From: Catajapyx aquilonaris
Taxonomy: Eukaryota
DNA: 26,696 nucleotides
Direction: 5' to 3'
Assembly (NCBI GenBank): GCA_000934665.2
Contig: KZ538402.1
Coordinates: 62,001 to 88,696 of the forward strand
The notes under the pieces were generated by a model that searched no databases, was not told the DNA's origin, and saw nothing but the letters and a program-made list of their open reading frames with translations. Shown here piece after piece: positions 10,271 through 21,474 of the stretch (positions are counted from its first letter, which is position 1; each line of letters opens with the position of its first letter). Made by a program: the position numbers and the translations under genes.

Positions 10271-12865
10271 CCATCTCAATAGTTTAATTTCACTGTCATG
10301 TATAGATTTTGCCAAATTTTGGCATACATAATTATGTAGACTGGCCAGCCCACTTGAGGGCGAAGATTATAGTTTGGAAAAAAAAATCAGCGTTGCACAA
10401 GCCATGGTTATTAATTATGCCATTTTTATTTCCCTGTTAGCCCGCCGAGCACAGCATTTTATATACCAGCCCTTATGAAAACTGTATCCGGGACTCGCCA
10501 CATTTTTGCAGAGCAACAAATTTTGTGACCCCCGCAGGTCTTGAATATTTAGTCGCATGCAGGGGAAAGGAGGCGGCAGTGCAATAATAACACTATGAAT
10601 AGCCAATGAAGTGAACCCGACCGGGAGACGAACCGAGGTACCCTTTACTCTCCTATATACACGGCATAATAATTTTTTTGTAAGCGCAGCAGAGACGCAA
10701 ATTCGGGTCTGGTTATGACACTTGTAATCTTGCGTCGCACTTGTAAGCGCATTAAGAATTAATGGTTTCTGTGTGTGGAATTTTGTTCCGGTTCTAGGCT
10801 CGTATCGAGGGATGTTCCCCCCCCCCCCCCCAAAAAAAAAAAAATGTAGGTCCGGATGCTGGGACGAATAATTTCTTCTGCCAGCAAGTGGACGGGGAAA
10901 TCAAGCCCGGAAAAAGTACGGTTAATTATTTGAAAAGGTGTAAATTTTTTAAGGGGGGGGGGGGATTGTCTCACAGTGGCATATAACTATAGATGAAAAA
11001 GGTCGTCCAACTTGTGGCGTCAACACCCTTTTGACCTGCAGGGAAAAGATGTATAGCCCGTCAAAAGCGAATGAAGAGTCGATAGTAGTGTATATAAGCT
11101 ACCGGTACGTTGCCCATGGTTAGGCCCACAGTTTCACTCTGCTGCTCGCATCCATCAATGACAAGCTAAATAATATTTCCCTGTTGCGTTTTGCCGCCCC
11201 TGACAGAATGATATTTCACGGCCTAATTTAATCTAACTTAACCTGCACGACACGGGGAATAAAACAGAGGCAGATTGTCAGTCGCTCCAGAGGAAAATAT
11301 ATTGATAAAACCTCCCCCATCTTTCTATAAAGCAGGTTTCGATGTCAATTTGCGCTACGTGGTATATCAATGGTGCTTGCTTTTGCCGATAACACGAAAC
11401 CTGCTAGGTGCATGTCGTAACACACGACTGGTTAAAATCATGTTGCTATACCATATCAGCATGTGAAATGTTGATATTGTTATGACACTTGCAAATGGTG
11501 TCATCTTGAGGTGCAATTATAGGGTACGCTCCAAAAAGTATCGCCATAAAAGTCTACAAAATTATGCAGTAGGCTACTCCTAACTGATTCTGTGGCCATA
11601 TGATGTTAGAAAAAATTGCTGGGATCTAGTTATAATAGGAAAAAGCATTTTTTGTACAGTTTCGTCAAATATTACAGTGTTAGGCATAACTTAGACTTAA
11701 CTTACACAAACTTGTCAAGCCCCCTTTCCCACCTCAAAAAAAATGAAGCATCGTTTCACACTAATCAAGAAGCGATATTTTTGGACACAATAGATGCCAC
11801 ATACCAATAACAAGGTATCGATTGGGACCCCCTGTAAGTGAATACCCTCAGTTCTTGAACTGTGGCACTTGAAAGGCCAACAACATCATTTTCAAAGGAC
11901 CCTCATTCATTGCTTGGGGTACGGTACAGTACCCTTCCTCTTCTCTATACACCTATATGTCACTCGCGACCCAAATGCGTCCATCATGTGACCACACCAT
12001 ACTAGTGTAGTGTCAGAGAGGGCTGCTGCTTGCTGCACCAAAGGATGGACTCATTTTCATCGAGTACTCGCCTTGCAATTTTTCCCATCAAATTAGAGCG
12101 CCCCACGTTGTATACATAATCTCCATAATCTATGATAAAAAAATAGTGCCAGCCCACACCCCCTGTACGTAACAAAGGCCACTTTCTTGTGTGGCACATC
12201 AAAGGCAGTTTTCAGCCACTTGTTGTTACGTTGTTAAAATCAACACTCGTGAAACAGTCAGGTAGGCTAACGGAGAGTGCCACTGACAACTGCTACACAG
12301 CACAAGTAGGCTCATGTTCAATATTGTGCTGCGCTTCTCTTATATATGGGCTTCCCCCTGCTTGCACTTCCTCTTTTCACAAACGCATAGACCCCATGCT
12401 ACACTGGATTATAAAGCAAACAGGCATCATCGGACGGGATGCATCATGGTGATGATGTTTGCTATTGCCTCGTAACAAGCAAAATGTCTGTTAAAACAAC
12501 CCAAGCTCCATTATGTGGGGGCCACGCTTTTAACCGAATTGTGCTGGGTCTAGAAACGACTGGAGTAATATTTTAATCAAAGGTATTTTTTTGTGCGTTA
12601 AAAATAATTATGCTCTAGAATATGCACCAATTAGTAGAAAACCCCCGAGAAATTCCACCCCATCATGGAGAGAATCTATGAAAATTTCGTCAAAATTGAG
12701 TAGCAAAATTGAGCCGCATCGCTGGATGGACGCACTTGCACGCATTGTGGGTTCCAATTAAAACTCGGATGGTCATTCAGAGAGCCCATCTTTAACGAGA
12801 TGGATTGCAGCATCAGCGTTGGGGGGAGCAAAGTCAGGAAGCTGGAAAGAGTTGGCTTCGAGGGG

Positions 12866-12883
12866 NNNNNNNNNNNNNNNNNN
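12866..12883. other. Assembly gap (18 N) within a G-rich tract
   Basis: Run of N flanked by GGGG and GGGGG. Confidence 0.97.
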
Positions 12884-13396
12884 GGGGGATGAGGGTGGGT
12901 GGGTGGTATATTGGCATTCAGCCTGCGGTGGCACCAGATCGAATGTAAATGCGTCGATGCGATTTGGCTTGTCACATATGGAAACAAACCAAATGGATAA
13001 TTAGGCAACGAATTCCATGCTTTCGAGTAGTATAATGGGGCTTTCACGCTGGACAATTGATGAACACGGCAGTAATTATATGAAGTACAAATGGACCACA
13101 GATGCGAAGAGCTGATGCCCGGCAAGAGAGACTCTAATGAAAACTGCAGCTCTGCACCCGACCTCATCCTGCAGATTTAGATCCATTCGCAACGGGGGAA
13201 AAAACAAACACACAATCCATACTCTGCCATGCTTTAAATTTTTTTTAAACGATGTTTTTCAAAGATACTCGCTTCGGGCGGAGAAAAAAAATCTGCAGTA
13301 TTATATTACAAAACGAAACTCCAACAGTTAATGTCAAGAAGCTGCCTCTTTAAATACTGCGTGATCGGTCCGTTTCAGATGGTAATTTTCTGTAGA

Positions 13397-13804
<408 letters not shown>

Positions 13805-14652
13805 GATCTTTTCCCATGTCTTCTAGTACTGTACTTCACAACCCGAATAGGTCACATATAGAGGGTAATTTAAAAAAAAAAACATTACTAAATATTAGTG
13901 CGATAATTTGCTCATTTGTATAGTGTGCCTCTTATGCCCCTCCAGGAGTATATACGTAATCTTCAATTTAATTATTAGTTCATGACTTCGGCAAAGAAAA
14001 GTTGCACCTTTTCACCAGGCAGGCCATAATGAATTTCCTAACAAAGAGAGAGGGGGGGGAGGGGAGAGGAGTGGGGGAGGGGTTGCCTATAATAACAAAA
14101 GAATCCGGTAGAGGATGCAATCTAATAATAAATTGGCGCCAGTTATGGAAGTAGAAACCACATCACAAAAGGAGGGGGTAGGGATGCAAGTGGAGGAATT
14201 CTTTGCCACGCACCACAGCTTCAAATTTGCCCGATAAATTCCCGAGCGCGTAAAAAGTTTTTTTTCTCTCTCTCTCTCCAGCAGCAAGAGTCTCTCCAAC
14301 TTTTCCTGGCCTTCCAAAGATCCTGATAGTAAAAGTGAACACCAGTTCGGCTGCATGGTTCCTTATTGTTCATCTTTGAAGTTATGGGGATGATATTAGT
14401 CTGCATACATAATTACACTCTCTTTTTTATTTTTGGCCCTCCCCTCTTTTTTTTAAAAAAAGAAGGCGAGCTATAAACTGCCGGTTTTAGTAACTTTTCA
14501 CTGCCTCAAGTTACACTGAGCTTCACAGGTTTTTATATTATGAGAGTAGCGGAGATTCTCAAGTACAGCAATTTTGAGAAAGTTTAATAATTTTAATTAC
14601 TTGCTACAAATGGCTGAGGCTTGGACGGCGCTCGGAAGTTGCTCGAAGAAAA

Positions 14653-14870
14653 TCTATAATATTAAAATTCTTCGTTGTATGGTTATGCTTTCTAATTATT
14701 TCGCCGTGTAGTGTTGCCGCGGTCCCCCTTCTGCGCAGGCGCAATAGGGTGAAGGTAGCGCCTCAGGTGGGTGGAAGAAGGAACCATCAATTCGTTGGCT
14801 GTCGGCCGGAGGGTCTACATCGCTCGCTCCTCTCCCCCGCACCCAGTGAGCGAAGCGAGGGTTTTTCTAG
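14653..14870 (+). mobile_element. Non-autonomous mini-Helitron (218 bp)
   Basis: 5' end A|TCTATAATATTAAAAT. Subterminal hairpin TCGCTCGCTC (14820-14829) / GAGCGAAGCGA (14848-14858). 3' end TTTTTCTAG|T. Inserted between A and T with no TSD, as expected for Helitrons. Confidence 0.75.
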
Positions 14871-15624
14871 TATTTTAATCACTTAGGTCTTTTGTTCATA
14901 CTAGTTGATACCATCCAGCTGTAGTTAGTCGCACGAACATATGCAATAATAATAATAATCATTACCATATTTTTGATACGAGCATAACAGTCAGAGACGC
15001 CAAAATCTAAGTCACATTACCCCCTGATGGCTCCCATTAGGCTCCCAAAAAAAAAGTGGGGGGTGAATTAGTCTGGCGCCATATTCCACAGATGAGCATA
15101 ATGGCAAGAAAGCCCAACGCCTGTTCCACGCTCTAATAGATGCCAAAGTACTAATAGCTCCTTTTATCCCCTCCTCCTACCCCCTTGCTAACGACCGTGT
15201 TTGAAAATTACAAATCCAATTAATAAAATATTTTTTTTGCAGCTTTCCTACAAACTAGGCCGAGCTGAAACAACTCGCAACATTTTCATTAAAGATGGCG
15301 AATCAAGACTGATTTCCTAGGGAGTTTCTAGGGATCGAGCCAATGACATACCGCTCAGAGAACCATTAGTAGGCAGTCATCTGTAACCATAGTGTAATGA
15401 GCCAACTGTGGCGTAGCTTTAGTAGCACCAAATGACTGCGGATCTACGCAGTAATGGTAATGGCCCGACTATTAATGCCTGTACGTGCAGCTAACACAAG
15501 CTGGGGTTGTTCGAAGGGGAGAAGGGTGCAGCAGGTACGAAAAATTCGCCAATTTTTTGGGGGGAGCTATGTCTATAGCAATTGCGAACTTTCACGGGCT
15601 AAAATTGGCAAAAAATTGCGTCAA

Positions 15625-16028
15625 TCTTCTTCTATAATATTAAAATGCTTGCCAGTTTTTGATCATCTAATATTATAATTTTAATTGTAGTTATTTTTTA
15701 ATTTATTAAAATAATCGTGGTCACCCTCGACCCCCACGGAGAAGGCTTCGCGACCCCCAGGTTGGGAACCACTATCTAATACAGACACTGCCAAGTTCCA
15801 TTGGCTATTTATAATAAAGGGAAGTTATGATCAGTTAGAAAAACGTGGTCTGAAAGGGTTGCATATAATTATTTAGATACATGTGGGCGAGTGCATGCGA
15901 CTAGAGTACGAAGCGATTGAAAATATGGTGGGCACTGTAGGCCGCAGGCCTAGAAAAGAGCGAGCGAAGCGAGTGGTTTTCTAGGCCAGCGCCCTAGGAA
16001 AATGCGAGCGGAGCGAAGGTTTTCCTAG
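15625..16028 (+). mobile_element. Non-autonomous Helitron (~400 bp) with duplicated 3' terminus
   Basis: 5' end A|TCTTCTTCTATAATATTAAAATGCTT shares TCTATAATATTAAAAT with 14653. The 3' region has GAGCGAAGCGAG..TTTTCTAG (ends 15984) and GAGCGGAGCGAAGGTTTTCCTAG|T (ends 16028). Confidence 0.7.
15748..15774. mobile_element. hAT-like terminal fragment inside the Helitron
   Basis: Reverse complement TAGTGGTTCCCAACCTGGGGGTCGCGA resembles the common hAT (Charlie-type) terminus CAGTGGTTCCCAACC. The partner end was not found. Confidence 0.5.
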
Positions 16029-17517
16029 TATGGCTATTAATTAAACTGATATTGCTTTGCTTCCATTAAATAGTGGCAATTACATATATAGGCCTACAGT
16101 AATTGCCCCTGGGCAGTCCTGCCACATTGTAGTAATTCTTCTGCCAATTTGAACATTCCAACCGCAACGGTTACACCTTAGCCTATTTAGGTTTTATTTT
16201 TTAGAATTAATTAGAACCGTTAAAATAATTGTGGCTGTGCCATTATTCAGAACATAATGTCGTGGTGGATATTAATTAATCTGTCATTGCTTTGTTTCTA
16301 TCAAATTATGGCAATTAAATTTCTAGTACTATTATTATCTCTCATTCAGTTTACACATAACATACTGCCATTTGCACCCCACTTCTTGGTCTCCCGGGGA
16401 ATTCCTTCCTGCTCTCAATGGCCTCGTTTGAACAGGACAATGACTCCAGTGTCCATGACGAATAAGATACAGCACGGTGTACCTTTTCTAGGATATTTTT
16501 AATCGTGTAACACGCTCCAGTAGAATACAACATGGCTTTCAGTAAAATATTGTCAAGACCAACATTTACTTCTAAAATATATTGTTCACTGCTGGTTATA
16601 TAATTCTTGTTAATGCCAGCTGAAGTACATGGTCTGGAAATGTTCACCTGAATGTTCAGGAATGTCAATCAGACTTTCTCAGTGATGTCCAGTGTTCAAC
16701 TGACCAAGGTCAGTGAAAGTCAACCAAATGCTTTGCACAACTAAGACACATGAATGATGGTTAGGTAATATCAGTAATGTCCATGACTTATTGTCATAAA
16801 CTGTTGTGACCACACCACATCATGTCAAAGGAAAATATAACCAACAAAAAGTGACAACAAGAATTACCTGAAGACAAAAAGTGTTTGAAATGATCTGCGC
16901 AGAATAATATCTTGGCGAATGGTGGGATAACCGTGACAGGTTTTCGCACGAGTAAACGGCCATAATTTGCAAGCCTGTCGTCCCCCCCCCCCTCCTGAAC
17001 CGCGCTAATGACTGGTAAACCCCGCCGCAAAAAAAAATAGGAGTGAGGTAATTGCGAGATTGTTTGATGCTTCACGCATGCATACATCAGGTTAAGCACA
17101 ACCGTGCAGAAATGTATTGAATTATGTCAATTAGTTAAGCGCCCAGTGTTGCTACACACTTGCAATAATATAAAACGGGAATCAATAAATATATCACTTG
17201 CAAATAGCACCGGCTATCGACATTTATTTCCATACGATTAAATATTAGTTATTATTTAGGGGCTATTAACATTGAACTGTCAATTATTACAATGACACCA
17301 GTCCGGACTATACACATGTGGGTGTGCCTGCGGTTGATTTTAGATTGCTCTTCAAAATATTTTGCATACAATATCATAATTATAATCCGTTAATAACGGT
17401 GGGATATTAGTTTGCGTCGCGTTGGCACAGTGACATAGTCAAGCCTTATTCATTTTGGCCATGGCAAATTTCAGTGGATAATGTTGTTCCAAATATTTTA
17501 TATTGAAAAAAAGATTT

Positions 17518-17763
17518 GCAAAATATTTACATGCCTGAATATTTTAATTGTTTTTTAAATATTTTGGTTGGCATTTTCGTCCTACTGCTATAGTTACTTA
17601 GAAGTAAGTTATACTGCTAAGTCGGTAAAAATAGATATTTGCTTTTTTTTAAAAAAAAGGCAAAATATTTACATGCCTGCATACTTATTAAATTTTAAAA
17701 TATTTTAGGTGGAATTTTCTTCCCACTGCGCCATATATATAGCAGTAGGACGAAAATTTCACC
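17518..17763. repeat. Two ~142-bp-period direct repeats ending in a 56-bp imperfect palindrome
   Basis: GCAAAATATTTACATGCCTG occurs at 17518 and 17660. TTTTCGTCCTACTGCTATA (17574-17592) is exactly inverted at 17738-17756. The palindrome spans 17708-17763. Confidence 0.75.
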
Positions 17764-20700
17764 TTTTCTTTTTATGAGAAAATTAATTGAACTAACACTG
17801 CTAGGCATATCTGGGTTAATATAATAATTTAAACTTTCATCAACATGCAACTCTGTCCATTATTGCATTGCCAGGAAGTTAGAGTCACGATCAGTCCTGG
17901 TCAAAACGGCAGAATCGGACGTTTTCTGTCCAAATATTTATAGCTTCGGACACACTAGGTGGTGGGACAGGCAGCTCGTGAGCACTACATTTTGTCCATT
18001 GCACAGCACGTGTTTAGGAAAGGGGAGTGCCATTAGCTCAACGTCGATTTATCTCCCATTCACTATTGTTTTCGCGAAAATAATTTGCCAACTCGTCTGC
18101 CTCCCCCCCCCCCCCTCTTTCCAACACACACATATGGATGGTGGAGGGAGAGAGGGGGGGACACATAGCTTACGAATTGATTGCTGAATCGGCATCTCTC
18201 TCGCCAGCACCCGACCAAAATTTACAGCCGTAATAAATTTATGATATACGTGCTCTATGTCCCTCCAACCATGTGGAGGGTAGGGGGTAGGGGCGGGTGT
18301 CCTGGCAGCAGCACATTATTGCTGTCTTGTCAGGTCTCGCGTATGATGCGAATGGAAATTGGCCACCATTAATTCCTCCCTTGCACCCCCCCTATACATG
18401 TCACTCCATTAGATGATGACGATTTCAGCTGCACTATAGTTAAAAGGTCTGACATTTATTCAACCGGTTTACGCCCAGCATTGTTTTTAATATTTTCCAC
18501 CATCAGCATAGCCTCGGATGGGTGGACAGGTTCAAACCCGACCCCCATTGTTGAATCCTAATTTTTCTTGTTTCTTTGTGTGAAGGCCTGGCAAAATGGA
18601 GAGTACCGTAACAATAAAACGTGTCATGAAACTAAAACGACCGGAGTTAAAATTTTTAACTCGCCCCCCCACTCGATAGAGGAGGACAATTTTTTGTCCT
18701 CACACAATTACATTCGCCCCGTTATTGGTGACAATCACGTCCTAATCGTCGGTTGCGATCAAACGCACAAGGCTGACAACACGTGTAATTATTAGCAAAA
18801 TTAACTGTTAATTAAGTAGTAAAAAAAAGAGGCTGAACCCTACTCACACTGCAACATTTAATATCTACACTATATCTGTAGTATGTGTCATGATAAAAAA
18901 TTTACGAACATGTACTGCAGCAAGCTTATTATAATTCTTGGCAGTTTATGACAACCTGACATTTGGAGTGTGAGTTCAAAGAACTCTAAGAACTATATTT
19001 ATCTGTGATGTATGAATACAAAAATTGCTTTTTTAAATATCAGGATGTGTACTAATGAGGTTTTTTTTTCAACTAGAGGAAGTTCTATTCAACTTGTACT
19101 ATTTTATGTACAGGACTGGACGAATTGAAGTCGACTGGAGTCCATCAAGTCCTCTTTTTCTTCAGGGTGCAGTCCACTGGCTGCTGACAAGAGAACACAC
19201 GCATGCTGCATTTCAAAGACGACCGGAGAGACACCGCTTACAGTATCCCCCCCGCCAAAAAAAAGAGAGAAGAGATAGGCCCAAGGCATAAATCCAATTT
19301 AGGTGAATGCTGCTTGCACTGCACGAGGGGCTATCTTTTCCCAGCGTGTTACATCCAGCAGAAAACGAGGCGGCAGAGCGTAAACCCACGTAAATTTTAA
19401 TTTCCCTCTGGTCAATTTGTACCATATTTGTTCACCGCATCTGCTCAGCCCAGCATCATAGAGTACACCTATTGCAGCACTTTTTTTTCCAAGCTAAAAA
19501 GTCCCCCATCGCGGATACCGCACTAGGGAGTGTTTGAAATAATAAAAAGCAGCCATTAAACTAAAACGAGCCGGGGTAAAAAATTTATGTGTCTTTTTTT
19601 TTTTCAGCGTCCTTGCTCCAACTTGTAAATTCCCTGCCTTTTCCATCAAGTGTAGCCCATCAGATGAACCAGGCAGGTACAGACTTTTTTCCAAATCGGT
19701 AGGCCCAACTTCTAGGCTCCTTCCTAAAAGGGGGGGCCAAAAGGAAAAATGAAGTCTCACGCCCAAGTGGCAGAAACAGATCCGAGTGTCCTGGCTAGGA
19801 AAGAGGCGGATGGAAAAGGTAGGCCTCTGTGGGGGGACTTTGAATCATTTATGCGGCCCAACTGAAAGTGGCGGCAAGCCTTATTCAGTATTCATTAGCC
19901 AAATCACCTGCGGGAATGGTGAATGGCAGCGCCGTTGTAGGTACCATTAAAAGCTTATCCTCATTTTTTGGGAGGAAAAGGCCCGACCTGCCCCTGTACC
20001 GCCGTTTTTTTTTTTACAGGAAGATGGGTGGGAAATGTAGGTTTTCCAACATTCACTACAGGTAGGCTTTTTTGGGAGGATAGAAGAAGAAATTTACTGG
20101 GCATGTTCTTTGCCTCAAGGTCTGGTGCTAAATTTGGAAGGAACAATTTATTTTACAACCGTGCATATTTAATTTACTTTTAATAGCAAAGTTTGCCATA
20201 ATGGTCTGGAATTCGAAGAATGACAACTGACAGTAATTAGACCATTGACATCAACTGTCAGAAAATGAAGTGTAAGGGTAGAAATGATGGAACAAACGTT
20301 TCGTATTGAGGCTATATTTGCACGACACTCTAGCTGTCATATATTTAAATACAGGTACTTTGAAGAATGTACTGCGCACTGGTAGACATAATGCTTGGAA
20401 ATTTTCGGGCGTGATCGGCGTGAGTGGCGATCGCGCCATTCACGCCTCAAAATTTCAAAGGCTGAAGGACTATGTACAGTACATATAGATTTAGAGGAGG
20501 AACCAAGCTTCCGAATTATATGCATAAGTATTTCTTTTTGGACAATAAGATACTCGTACAAGTTTTACTGGTAATGTAGCATATACTAATTCTTGGAATA
20601 ACCAGGAAAAAAATTTCAAGCAGCTTCATTAAATAAATAAAAAATACAAATCAGAACGTTGAACTCTTGCAACGCAGGCTATTTTCACATTATAAAAAGG

Positions 20701-20947
20701 GCAACGGTCGTCTGGCTCGTTCTTTCCAGTTTTATCCTAAATTACAGCAAAGGCATATTCATACCGAAGTATAGGCAAATCAGTTTCGTTTTTTTTAAAA
20801 AAAATGGAGATTGCAGGTCTCTATATGCAACAGTATTGCTTGACTGCAGTACTGAAATGTACAGTATGACTCTGCAGCAACATCCTGTCATACAAGACTG
20901 ATTCGAATATGCATGTTTCCAACATCACATGCAGAATACCTGAAATT

Positions 20948-21474
20948 GAGGGGCCCCAGATCAAAAAACAGTCAAGTCCACTTGGAAAAACTGATCATAA
21001 GATTTTAAAAAACTAACGATTACTTTTACGTCCATAATATGTTGCCGCAGTTCAGCTACATACGCAAAGTAATGTGCATTTAATACCCAATGACATTAAA
21101 ATACATAATTGCTGCACGTATTTTGTGTTAGACTCCTCCATCAGTGGACAGGTCTGTCCTAATAAGTTCTGGAGACGAGGATGGGTGTATTCACTGTAAC
21201 TGTGAGGACATGACCCAATCGTGGGGACATTTTCGGTCCCCACAGCTAAAATCGGGTGTGATACCACTTATGGGGACATGTCCCCACAATTGGATTTACG
21301 AAAATTCTATTTTTCTCTGCCAAGGTTAGGTTAGGTTAGGTTTATCTACCCTATCCTACCTCGCAAGGTAGGTTAGGCTCGACTAGGTTAGAAAAGCTGT
21401 GTGATCAATTTTCCCTGACCTTAGGCCAGACAAGTCTATGTGGACTTGGGATGTTTTTGATCTGGTACCCCCTC
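20948..21474. mobile_element. Non-autonomous TIR element, Sola-like (527 bp)
   Basis: GAG...CTC termini. TIR GAGGGGCCCCAGATCAAAAAACAGTCAAGTCCAC versus GTGGACTTGGGATGTTTTTGATCTGGTACCCCCTC, with a further subterminal match GGAAAAACTGATCA / TGATCAATTTTCC. Flanks are AATT / AATA (3 of 4 matching, a possible 4-bp TSD). Superfamily is inferred from the termini and TSD length. Confidence 0.6.

Noticed and set aside
18508..18543. tRNA or SINE B-box-like GGTTCAAACCC
   Set aside because: The candidate A box is too close and no cloverleaf can be drawn.
21324..21341. Telomere or chromosome-fusion remnant
   Set aside because: Only about three TTAGG units, lying inside a TIR element.
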